Shown in pieces: positions 1 to 7,815 of a stretch of 64,000 bases of DNA; within the stretch, counting starts at the first letter, position 1, and the number at the start of each line of letters is the position of its first letter. Below the pieces are notes generated by a model that had not been told where the DNA came from, did not search any database, and saw only the letters and a list, made by a program, of their open reading frames with translations. The stretch lies in the IMG/VR virus record IMGVR_UViG_3300045988_090463, positions 12,472 through 76,471 of that record; one strand, given 5' to 3'. The position numbers and the translations under genes are program-made. The DNA comes from a virus.

Positions 1-1415
1 TTCTTCTGGATTTCTGCTACAACTGCCTGATACTCTTCGTTTCCAGACACGTCTGGATCCGCAATGCTTTCTAATTCTTTGCTAGTTTTTGAAATTTCGG
101 TCAAAAGGATTGCAATGCTTTTCTTAGATGCCTCAATATTTTTTTCCAGCTGTTCTCTCTTGATTTCGGCTTTTTTCTTTTCCTCTACTGTTTTTTTACC
201 TTCTTCATTGATTTCTCTGAGATTCTGCTGTTTTGCATTCTCGAAATCTGTTTTTTTGTCCAACTCAGCTTTGATTCTCTCCTGCTTTTTCTGTTCGAAT
301 TCTGCTTTAAGTCGTTCCATTTCGTCTGCCGGAAGAACCTGACCACAAGTCGGGCAAATGGCAACCGTAGGGTCGAATTGTTCATTCTGAATATCTTCCA
401 GTTTAGAGCTGTTATCATATTCTGCCGCATACTGTGCTTTATATTTTTTCTGTAACTGCAAAATCATCGACTCAAGGCGTTTTGGATTTTCAGTTTTGGA
501 CAATTCGTTTTCAAGATTACGCAGATGATTTTCTTCTTTCATCTTTTCGATTTGCCTGTCATTTAATAAGGAAACGATTTTTCTCTTTTCTTCCTGTAAT
601 GCTTCTGCTGCATTTGAGACGATTGCATCTCTGGACTTCTTAAGACCTACAATTTCATAGGAAAGTTCATCGTATGCTTTTCCAGAATCACTCAGCCGTT
701 GTTCTTTCTGTCTCAGCTCGCTCAGATGATTTAAAACTTGTCCTCTCTTTTCTTCAAGGACTGTTGCGTCTGGTATTCCTTGTTCCTTTAAGGTATCAAT
801 CTCAACCTTTTTGACGTCAATTTTCTTCTGGATATCTTTTCTGTCTTTGTTGAGTTTTTTCACAACTTCCTCGACAGAATGATTCTTGATGATTTCCGAA
901 ACTTCTGGATTGTCCTGCAATACTTTATCCGCATTGAACCCTGCCATCTTTTCAAGCGTTGCTCTGGCACTTGCTGTTGATTTTCGAAGTTCATTCAGGA
1001 ATACTCTGGCATTGCTGCACATCATAATGGTTTCTGGGTCTGCAATTCTTTTTAAGAAATCTTTGTATTTTGTCTGGTTATAATCGAACCCATCAACCTG
1101 ATATTTTGTGGTGCTGGAAGATTTACCCTTCTTCGTTTCCTTACGGATCATGGTTTCTTCTCCATCAATCAGAAGTGTGAGTTCTCTGGATACGACACCC
1201 TCAACTTCTTCTCCGTCTTCTTTTCTTCTGACATTATTCGGAGATGTACCGTCTGCAAGCTTTCCGGTTAGTATGTCAAAATATGCGTCCATCAACGTTG
1301 TTTTACCCTGGCGATTCTTTCCGAAAACCATCGTTCGTGGTGCAAACTGATACTCCGCAGACTCAAACTTCTTGTAGTTTTCAATATTAAGCTGTTTCAA
1401 TTCTACTGTTTTCAT
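1..1415 (-). CDS. SbcC/Rad50-like AAA ATPase (N-terminal ~471 aa; the rest lies beyond the window start)
   Basis: Own translation from ATG 1415: MKTVELKQLNIENYKKFE.... Walker A GKNRQGKTT, long coiled coil, CPTCG zinc-hook. Open to position 1, so absent from the ORF track. ATGA overlap with the upstream gene. Confidence 0.75.
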   Translation of the reverse strand, partial: MKTVELKQLNIENYKKFESAEYQFAPRTMVFGKNRQGKTTLMDAYFDILTGKLADGTSPNNVRRKEDGEEVEGVVSRELTLLIDGEETMIRKETKKGKSSSTTKYQVDGFDYNQTKYKDFLKRIADPETIMMCSNARVFLNELRKSTASARATLEKMAGFNADKVLQDNPEVSEIIKNHSVEEVVKKLNKDRKDIQKKIDVKKVEIDTLKEQGIPDATVLEEKRGQVLNHLSELRQKEQRLSDSGKAYDELSYEIVGLKKSRDAIVSNAAEALQEEKRKIVSLLNDRQIEKMKEENHLRNLENELSKTENPKRLESMILQLQKKYKAQYAAEYDNSSKLEDIQNEQFDPTVAICPTCGQVLPADEMERLKAEFEQKKQERIKAELDKKTDFENAKQQNLREINEEGKKTVEEKKKAEIKREQLEKNIEASKKSIAILLTEISKTSKELESIADPDVSGNEEYQAVVAEIQK

Positions 1416-2029
1416 GCTGTTTTATCCTCCAACCAATATGCTGAAACTTCATAAGCCGTTCTTTTTTCAACCTCAGTTTCAACTTTTTTTGTGTATTCTC
1501 GGCTCTGTATTCTTCCTTGCAAAAGAATGTTATCTCCAACTTCGCAACCGCCAATATATCTGGCATCTCTTCCCCAGCAAATGCACGGTATGTAGTCAGA
1601 TATTCCATGTGGTCGGTTTACTGCAAGAAGGATATCTGCGATTTCTCTTCCGTTTGGTGTCTTTCTGTATACTGGCGGTTTACAGATAAATCCGTCTAAA
1701 AGAATATTGTTGGTGTGATATGTGCCTTCCTCTGCAAACTTAATTTCTCTTGCGAAAACAAAGAGAATTAATTTACTGTGTTTGTCATCGTGCTTGTTGT
1801 AAGAACGGAACTGTCCGTAAACTTCAACCATTTCTCCGGTATAGTCCTGTGTTACATCAATAAGCCTTTCGGATACCATAACTGGAAGAATATCCTTTGT
1901 ATCGCTCAGTCGTTTTGCCGATACCTGCATTGTGTAAAACTTTTCTCCATATGTTTCATGGCTAAATTCAAACTTGGATTCAATTGTCCCAATCAGTGTT
2001 GCCTGATTGTTTTCTAAAAGTTTATTCAA
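1412..2029 (-). CDS. single-stranded DNA-binding (OB-fold) protein-like
   Basis: 205-aa ORF with an SSB-like GRIQSREYTKK motif. Translationally coupled to the recombination ATPase. Confidence 0.5.
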   Translation of the reverse strand: MNKLLENNQATLIGTIESKFEFSHETYGEKFYTMQVSAKRLSDTKDILPVMVSERLIDVTQDYTGEMVEVYGQFRSYNKHDDKHSKLILFVFAREIKFAEEGTYHTNNILLDGFICKPPVYRKTPNGREIADILLAVNRPHGISDYIPCICWGRDARYIGGCEVGDNILLQGRIQSREYTKKVETEVEKRTAYEVSAYWLEDKTA

Positions 2030-2219
2030 CTCCGTTTACCCACCTTTCTATCTGCATTAAAATAGGAAGGGATATCATTGAAGACACCATTGCGCTTAAG
2101 CAGAACATCTTAAGTACATCCATTTTCGTCATCCACCAGAGTAATAATGCAATCGTGGAAAATGTTCCAACCTGTGCCATCACTCCGATAAAATACATTC
2201 TTTTCCTCATATCCCTCAC
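2022..2219 (-). CDS. hypothetical small hydrophobic protein
   Basis: 65-aa ORF. GTG start overlaps the upstream stop (GTGA). Hydrophobic core. Confidence 0.3.
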   Translation of the reverse strand: MRDMRKRMYFIGVMAQVGTFSTIALLLWWMTKMDVLKMFCLSAMVSSMISLPILMQIERWVNGVE

Positions 2220-2377
2220 TTCTTTCTTTTTGTTGCTGCTGTTGCAAGTAAAGCTACTGATAGTGCTACAACTGCGACTTCCAGACGTTTTGTTTTTGCC
2301 GCTTGATCTGCGATGATTTCGCTTGCAAGGCTCTGATTTGTAGTTACGTTTTCGGTGTGTTTTGTGATTTTAGACAT
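2216..2377 (-). CDS. hypothetical small protein (53 aa, hydrophobic C-tail)
   Basis: Below the ORF-track cutoff. SD AGGAGGG lies 8 nt before ATG 2377. Product is MSKITKHTENV...VAVVALSVALLATAATKRKK. Confidence 0.35.
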   Translation of the reverse strand: MSKITKHTENVTTNQSLASEIIADQAAKTKRLEVAVVALSVALLATAATKRKK

Positions 2378-2507
2378 AAAAAATGCCCTCCTGGTATAAA
2401 TTTTCTTTTCAAATACAGGAAGGTGTGTTATACTTTACCTGTATTTAACTTACCCAATTAAGTTAGATACGTGCTTCGGTTGGTGTTCCTGCACCGCCGA
2501 GGCAACC

Positions 2508-2675
2508 TTAGTCTTTTTTCGGAATGTAGCTGATACCCAAAATTAAATCTACATCTTCTTTATCAATAAGATTTGAATTATCTGCGTTCAGCATTGCTTC
2601 GAGTGCGGCTACTCTCCCTGCCAGAAAAGCAAATTCTTCGCCCATGTTTTCCGGTACATATTCGAACTTACTCAT
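2508..2675 (-). CDS. hypothetical small protein (55 aa)
   Basis: Own translation MSKFEYVPENMGEEFAFLAGRVAALEAML.... ATGA overlap with the stop of the 2672-2929 gene. Confidence 0.35.
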   Translation of the reverse strand: MSKFEYVPENMGEEFAFLAGRVAALEAMLNADNSNLIDKEDVDLILGISYIPKKD

Positions 2676-2929
2676 TTTCCCTCCATTAAAATTTTCTCAA
2701 GATGCTTTTTGACTCTGATGAAATTCTCTTCTTCCTGATAGCCATTTTCCGAAATGTTATACATAACTCCTTTTTGATCGCCATCAAAAAATTCATCGTA
2801 GATACTAACGCTCACAAATCGACCGTGTTCATAATTTGTAACACTGAAATTTACAGTCGTGAGATTTCTTTCCTGCACTTTCCTGCATAACTGATACAGG
2901 GTATCTATTTTTGTATTAAAACCACTCAT
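2672..2929 (-). CDS. hypothetical protein (85 aa)
   Basis: Internal start MSGFNT preceded by AAAGGAG. The longer ORF-track start has no SD. Confidence 0.45.
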   Translation of the reverse strand: MSGFNTKIDTLYQLCRKVQERNLTTVNFSVTNYEHGRFVSVSIYDEFFDGDQKGVMYNISENGYQEEENFIRVKKHLEKILMEGK

Positions 2930-2945
2930 GCTATACTCCTTTCTG

Positions 2946-2954
2946 TGGTATAAT
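2946..2954 (+). promoter_or_regulatory. extended -10 promoter element (TGgTATAAT) for the plus-strand gene at 2980
   Basis: TGgTATAAT lies 26 nt upstream of GGAAGGAGGTG-ATG. Divergent from the minus-strand early genes. Confidence 0.45.
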
Positions 2955-2979
2955 CTTCTATGGGAAGGAGGTGTGACCA

Positions 2980-3201
2980 ATGGATATTAACCAAATTGCT
3001 CATGATCTGGCTGTTGCTAAATTATGTGCTGAATTACCGGGAAATCTGGATAATCCTCATATCTGCCAGAGATACTTCAAATACCGCGCAGAATTTGTTG
3101 ATCTTCTGGATTCCCATGATGAAGATTACTTTCTCAATGAACTTGATAAAGAGAAAGTAAAGAATTTCAAAGCTGTCAAACAGCCTAGCGTCGAGAACTA
3201 A
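2980..3201 (+). CDS. hypothetical protein (73 aa), oppositely oriented inside the early operon
   Basis: Strong SD GGAAGGAGGTG and its own -10 element. A hairpin GGATGTG...CACATCC follows the stop. Confidence 0.5.
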   Translation: MDINQIAHDLAVAKLCAELPGNLDNPHICQRYFKYRAEFVDLLDSHDEDYFLNELDKEKVKNFKAVKQPSVEN

Positions 3202-3410
3202 TTACATTTGTTGGATGTGTTCCGCGTTATTCTTGTGATGTGGAGCACATCCTCCAAAGAAAACTGAACTTTGAAGTCATATTCACCTTCTGTCCAACTA
3301 CACTCCACAATACCTTTTCCTTTAGTTCCAATTTCTTCGTACATTTCGGGCGGCATATGCAATTCTTTGCCATTTCTGAACTTGATAATTGTTTCATCGG
3401 CACTCTTCAC
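3198..3410 (-). CDS. hypothetical protein (~70 aa)
   Basis: GTG start 7 nt after GGAGG, just downstream of the antirepressor stop. The ORF-track start would overlap the upstream gene by 64 nt. Confidence 0.4.
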   Translation of the reverse strand: MKSADETIIKFRNGKELHMPPEMYEEIGTKGKGIVECSWTEGEYDFKVQFSLEDVLHITRITRNTSNKCN

Positions 3411-3421
3411 TTTCACACCTC

Positions 3422-4129
3422 CTACATTGTCATCTGGGCATTGCAGTCGCGAATCATCATCTTTGTGTTGGTACACGGTGTCCATCCTTTGATGTATTCG
3501 ACTGCTTCCTGGTATCTCAATTTCGGAATGTTATTTCTGGCATTTACATCGAAGTAAGTCTTTACATCCCTGTTGCATTCTGCAAATACCTTTTTTCCAA
3601 TTTCATCATAGGCATTGGATTTCTTTCCACCCAGAACCTCGATCACCACCTTGGAAACTAGATCACTGATGTACTTCTGCTGACCGTAATCAATGGTCAT
3701 GGTATTCTCAAGTTTCTCGATTCGCTCCTCATGATCTTGATTCCCCTGAGCCAACAACTGAATCTGCTCTGCTGTGGTCATTGGTTTCTGATAAGAGCCT
3801 GTCTTACGGATTGTTGGGAGGACTTCACTAGTTACCCAGTGTTTAAATCTTTTAGCTGATTCAAGTTTGCTTCCGAAGATTAAAGCGTATAAGCCAGATT
3901 CGTTGATGAGTGCTGTTTGAGTTTTTACCACATTCCCATTTTGGGAATCTGCTTCAAGAACCTTTAAAATTCTGTCTTCTTCTTCAACATGAACTGAAAC
4001 TGCTTTACTCGCATTGGAATATCCAAGTGCTAATGCCACATCTTTTCCAACGAACCAAGGTTCATTGTCAATAGTCACTGTTCGAATTTCTCCGAACTCT
4101 GCTGAATTGAAAATCTGTAATTTGTTCAT
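3422..4129 (-). CDS. phage antirepressor (Bro-N / KilAC-type)
   Basis: N-terminus MNKLQIFNSAEFGEIRTVTIDNEPWFVGKDVALALGY is the classic Bro-N signature. 235 aa. Lies downstream of the cro-like gene. Confidence 0.85.
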   Translation of the reverse strand: MNKLQIFNSAEFGEIRTVTIDNEPWFVGKDVALALGYSNASKAVSVHVEEEDRILKVLEADSQNGNVVKTQTALINESGLYALIFGSKLESAKRFKHWVTSEVLPTIRKTGSYQKPMTTAEQIQLLAQGNQDHEERIEKLENTMTIDYGQQKYISDLVSKVVIEVLGGKKSNAYDEIGKKVFAECNRDVKTYFDVNARNNIPKLRYQEAVEYIKGWTPCTNTKMMIRDCNAQMTM

Positions 4130-4220
4130 ATATCTCCTTTCTGTTGAGTTTGACTTCTTATCTCTTTATAATGTAAGTACAGGCATCGCCATGCCGAGTA
4201 ACTTGAAAGGAGATAAGAAT

Positions 4221-4397
4221 TTGATATTGCTTCCTTACATGGATGGTTTTTACCGCTCTGGTGAAAAAGTATCCGAAACTACTGTTTTCGCTTGTTGTAA
4301 TTGCAATTCCAAAAGAACTGTAAAATCTGGTAAGTCCATCCCTAAGTGTTCAAAATGCAACGATTATACCTATTGGTTTAAAATCGTAACGCTTTGA
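4221..4397 (+). CDS. small zinc-ribbon protein (58 aa)
   Basis: TTG start 7 nt after AAGGAGA. Two Cys pairs: CCNC ... CSKC. Confidence 0.3.
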   Translation: MILLPYMDGFYRSGEKVSETTVFACCNCNSKRTVKSGKSIPKCSKCNDYTYWFKIVTL

Positions 4398-4621
4398 TTA
4401 CTTTCAATATCTGCAAACATTGTTTCTGGGTGATATTCATTCTTTAAATCACTGTTTTCATAATCTATGGATATCACTTGGAAGCAAATGCTTGCACCGT
4501 TTTCGGTATTAAATACTTTTAAGTACTTATTCCCACCTTTTGAAAAGCACATCACTCTTGTTTTGTCAGGAACTCTGATGATTTGTGGCAAGAATAAATG
4601 CTTGATGATTCTTTTTAGCAT
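4370..4621 (-). CDS. hypothetical protein (83 aa)
   Basis: ORF directly downstream of the cro-like gene, with an SD (GGAAGGAGAA). Confidence 0.45.
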   Translation of the reverse strand: MLKRIIKHLFLPQIIRVPDKTRVMCFSKGGNKYLKVFNTENGASICFQVISIDYENSDLKNEYHPETMFADIESNQSVTILNQ

Positions 4622-4642
4622 TATTCTCCTTCCTAATTCAGT

Positions 4643-4846
4643 TTAATTGAATTTATTAGGCACAAAAATAAAATCCATAGGGATTCCAGAAAGTTCACTC
4701 ATTTTTCTAAGCTGAGATAATGTAGGCTCGGTCTTTCCTTTCTCCCAGTTAACCACTGTAGCATTAGAAATACCGAATATTTCAGCCCATTCTTTCTGGT
4801 TGTACCCAGCGTTAACCCGAACTGCTTCTAATGAAATTTTTGGCAT
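4643..4846 (-). CDS. Cro-like XRE-family HTH regulator
   Basis: 67 aa. HTH segment QKEWAEIFGISNATVVNWEKGK. Divergent from the cI-like gene. Confidence 0.8.
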   Translation of the reverse strand: MPKISLEAVRVNAGYNQKEWAEIFGISNATVVNWEKGKTEPTLSQLRKMSELSGIPMDFIFVPNKFN

Positions 4847-4877
4847 TTGCTCATCTCCTTTCTTAACTTCTGGGCTT

Positions 4878-4906
4878 ATTATAATTCATTCTAATTGAAT
4901 TGTCAA
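4878..4906 (-). promoter_or_regulatory. consensus sigma-A promoter for the cro-like/early operon
   Basis: Minus strand reads TTGACA-17 nt-TATAAT. The spacer contains the operator half-site TAATTGAAT. Confidence 0.7.
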
Positions 4907-4911
4907 CACGG

Positions 4912-4932
4912 AAATTCAAAATAATTGAATTT
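4912..4932. promoter_or_regulatory. operator palindrome AAATTCAA-N5-TTGAATTT
   Basis: Perfect 8+8 inverted repeat between the divergent promoters. Related ATTGAATT half-sites sit at 4893-4900, 4936-4943 and 4645-4652. Confidence 0.6.
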
Positions 4933-4936
4933 ACTA

Positions 4937-4965
4937 TTGAATTTAATTTGATTGTGGTGTAAAAT
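4937..4965 (+). promoter_or_regulatory. promoter for the cI-like repressor
   Basis: TTGAAT-17 nt-TAAAAT upstream of AAGGAGG-ATG 4993. The -35 overlaps an operator half-site. Confidence 0.5.
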
Positions 4966-4992
4966 ACTAAGTGTAAGGAGGATAAAATAATA

Positions 4993-5361
4993 ATGACAGA
5001 TGAGGAACAAAAGAGGATATTTTCAAACAACCTTAATAGGTATATTTTGAAAAGCGGGAAGCAACAAAAAGAAGTTGCCGAAGCCATCGGTGCAAACACC
5101 TCTACATTTAATATGTGGTGTAAAGGTAATTCTATGCCGGGCGCCGGAAAGATTAGGGCTTTGGCAGATTATTTCCGTATAGGGATGTCAGACTTAACAG
5201 ATTTGAAAGAGAAGCAAGATCCTGACATTGAATTCGGAGATGTAATTACAAAAATCGAGCAGTCAGACCCTCGTTTCAAAAGAATTATTCTTGAATACGA
5301 TAATCTGCCGCCCGACAAAAAAGATTTGCTATGTGATTTTTTTGAAAAATTCGTTTTTTAA
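4993..5361 (+). CDS. CI-like XRE-family repressor
   Basis: 122 aa. HTH segment KQQKEVAEAIGANTSTFNMWCKG. Divergent from the cro-like gene. Confidence 0.75.
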   Translation: MTDEEQKRIFSNNLNRYILKSGKQQKEVAEAIGANTSTFNMWCKGNSMPGAGKIRALADYFRIGMSDLTDLKEKQDPDIEFGDVITKIEQSDPRFKRIILEYDNLPPDKKDLLCDFFEKFVF

Positions 5362-5483
5362 GATGTAAGGGTGGGAATTATTTTCCTGCCCTTTCTTCGC
5401 TATATACTCTTTTTACGCATCCATAAATGAATTTTATCATTGATTCATTGTGTATCTTCTGTACCATCTCAATAATCTCTTTC

Positions 5484-5909
5484 TTATAATCCATAAATAA
5501 CCCTCCCAATCGAAACTTTACTACAGTATATGTCTGGGCAATGGGAAATATGATTTGAACATTTATTTTTATCATATTTTCCGTAAGTCCAATGAAACAG
5601 GACACATGGATTAATATTCGCCCTTGCAAACTGCCAGAGATAGACCGGAATATTTGTGATTTCAAATATGACCTTTACTTTCACAAATATAAAGTTCGTT
5701 TTTACCGGATTTTCTGTGATTTCTACAATATCGTTCGTTCTTAGAATCTCTTTTATGCTCTGGCTTAAAGTTGAATGCTTGCACATATCATCTGCCAAGC
5801 GGATGAAGCTTTTACGTAAATAATCTTGATTGCACATCGGCAAGTGAATGATGTAGCTTGCAAAGAAGATTACTCCTGCTGTGATCAGCAATCTCTCAAT
5901 CTTCCTCAT
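5484..5909 (-). CDS. hypothetical membrane-anchored protein (moron next to the repressor)
   Basis: 141 aa with an N-terminal TM segment LLITAGVIFFASYIIHL. Isolated minus-strand gene convergent with the cI-like gene. Confidence 0.4.
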   Translation of the reverse strand: MRKIERLLITAGVIFFASYIIHLPMCNQDYLRKSFIRLADDMCKHSTLSQSIKEILRTNDIVEITENPVKTNFIFVKVKVIFEITNIPVYLWQFARANINPCVLFHWTYGKYDKNKCSNHISHCPDIYCSKVSIGRVIYGL

Positions 5910-6094
5910 AATATATACCTCTTTAGTCTATAATTTATGTACTTAGTTATACCACTTTTTGTGCAAATAAACGGGCAAAACGATAAAACTGCATTTTTAA
6001 TGGATAAAAATATGAAAAATATTTCGGTTTTGACTATGCTATTGTCGATTCTTGCGGTATAATATATGCAAATTTTACCAAGGAGGAATGCACC

Positions 6095-6613
6095 ATGAGA
6101 AGAAAACTTATAGTTGCAATGCTGTCAGGAATTTTATGCGCTTGCCCCATAGAAGTCTATGCAGACGCTGAAATGACTCAAGAAGAAACAGACATGAATT
6201 CTTTATCAGAGGAAGAATACAAGAAAAAATGTACCGAAATGTGGTATGAAGATATTACTTTCTCAAAGAAAAGTCTGGAAGGTCAGTTTGTCAAAATAGA
6301 TCTTTACGTTGAAGGCACTGCAACAATAGACCCTTATGATTTAATGATCTCCGACAAGACTGAAAAGTATAATCTTAGCAGTAATTGCAGTCTTGTTGGC
6401 ATTTATTCAAAAGATACCGACAGCTACGGAAGCGGCAATGACGTGGGTATTCTATACTCCAATGATTATGATTTCAAAAATACAGACTATGTTCCAGGGA
6501 CTTACTTGACACTTTATGGGGAAATTATTGATTATGGTATCGACTATTGGAGCGGTCACAATTCAGCGTGGTTTATGCCAAAATATATCGAAAACGTGAG
6601 GGATGTTAAATGA
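6095..6613 (+). CDS. secreted protein / putative lipoprotein
   Basis: Signal peptide MRRKLIVAMLSGILCAC. SD AAGGAGG. 172 aa. Confidence 0.55.
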   Translation: MRRKLIVAMLSGILCACPIEVYADAEMTQEETDMNSLSEEEYKKKCTEMWYEDITFSKKSLEGQFVKIDLYVEGTATIDPYDLMISDKTEKYNLSSNCSLVGIYSKDTDSYGSGNDVGILYSNDYDFKNTDYVPGTYLTLYGEIIDYGIDYWSGHNSAWFMPKYIENVRDVK

Positions 6614-6759
6614 GGAAAAGAAAGAAAATAGATAAAGTGACTCAAAAGATAAAATGCCCTGCTCTTACTTGTCGTAGTGCTAATGTTCAGATCGTTAGTA
6701 AAGGATTGTTCTCCACAAAATACCAATGTAAAAGTTGCGGTCGTATTTTCAAAGGATAA
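6610..6759 (+). CDS. small zinc-ribbon protein (49 aa)
   Basis: ATGA-coupled to the upstream gene. Cys pairs CPALTC ... CKSC. Followed by a terminator. Confidence 0.4.
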   Translation: MRKRKKIDKVTQKIKCPALTCRSANVQIVSKGLFSTKYQCKSCGRIFKG

Positions 6760-6767
6760 ACAGCAAC

Positions 6768-6798
6768 GAGCCGAGGATTTTACTCCCCGGCTCTTTTT
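6768..6798 (+). terminator. rho-independent terminator
   Basis: GAGCCGAGG...CCCCGGCTC stem followed by TTTTT. Confidence 0.6.
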
Positions 6799-7007
6799 AT
6801 GGCAAAACCTGCATTCACGATCACATCTCCTCCCCAGAGTAATCTGGCAGGCTGTACCAACGTATTAAGATGTCGATTTTTTTCGAACTTCTGCTGAACT
6901 ATTTACACATTTCCGTTTCAGTGCTACTATATTACCATAATTAATTGATTAGATGAGGATAATCTGATGAAAGTTGAAGCGTAGGCGATAAACGGAAGGT
7001 GATTACT

Positions 7008-7706
7008 ATGAAAATTGCTATTTGTGACGATTGTGAACTACAGGTTGAGTATTTTAAGCATCGGATTGAACCGTTTTTGAAGCAAAACGGTGACCGGAAT
7101 TATACGATAGACGGTTATTTCAGTGGGGAACCCTTGATAGATGATGTTAAGGACGGAAAATGGTTTGATATGATTGTCTTGGATGTAATACTTAAAAACG
7201 AAAATGGCGTGGATATTGCCAAAGAACTCCGAGAGTGTGGATATAAGGGCAAAATTGCTTTCTGGACAGCTCACAAGGATTTTGTTTTTGATGCGTTGGA
7301 TGTTGAATTTACGCATTATATCATCAAGGGAAATGAACACGGAAGAATGTTTTCTATGATTGACAATACCTTGAGTGATATGAAACACAAGATGCTCACA
7401 ATCAGACACAGAGATTGCATTATAAGGATTCCATTGAACAAAATCGAGTACCTCGAAGCACGGGATAAGCAAGTTTTTGTTCATTGCACGAACGGGATTA
7501 TGCACAGTATGTATGCAACTTTAAAGTCGGTTGAGTCTTACCTTGATAAACGGTTTTTGCGTTGCCATAAGTCATTTGTTGTAAACATGGATTATGTGCA
7601 AAAGCTGGATTCTGATTTTACGATGTTTTCCGGGGATAAAGTGTTGATTCGTAAGAACGGATATGCGGATATTAAAAATCAATATTGGGAATACATTATT
7701 AAGTGA
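7008..7706 (+). CDS. orphan LytTR-family response regulator (REC + LytTR, AgrA/LytR-like)
   Basis: MKIAICDDCE receiver start and the MIVLDVIL acidic pocket. C-terminal LytTR segment is IPLNKIEYLEARDKQVFVHC...FLRCHKSFVVNMDYV. No kinase gene is adjacent. Confidence 0.85.
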   Translation: MKIAICDDCELQVEYFKHRIEPFLKQNGDRNYTIDGYFSGEPLIDDVKDGKWFDMIVLDVILKNENGVDIAKELRECGYKGKIAFWTAHKDFVFDALDVEFTHYIIKGNEHGRMFSMIDNTLSDMKHKMLTIRHRDCIIRIPLNKIEYLEARDKQVFVHCTNGIMHSMYATLKSVESYLDKRFLRCHKSFVVNMDYVQKLDSDFTMFSGDKVLIRKNGYADIKNQYWEYIIK

Positions 7707-7710
7707 AGCA

Positions 7711-7754
7711 AAAGAGATGGTCTGTCAAGGAAGAAACAGACCATCTCTTTTTTT
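7711..7754. terminator. 15-bp stem terminator between the convergent LytTR and endolysin genes
   Basis: AAAGAGATGGTCTGT / ACAGACCATCTCTTT followed by a T-run. Confidence 0.75.
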
Positions 7755-7815
7755 GAGTCCATGCTTAAACTCTGGGGAGGAGTTGAATTATGGTATATTT
7801 ATTATATCACACTTG

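Noticed and set aside
6001-6063. 20-codon hydrophobic ORF (MDKNMKNISVLTMLLSILAV) upstream of the secreted protein, considered as an AgrD/AimP-like signalling peptide for the LytTR regulator.
   Set aside because: It has no Shine-Dalgarno and no processing motif. It overlaps the likely promoter (TATAAT at 6058) of the downstream gene, so there is too little evidence.
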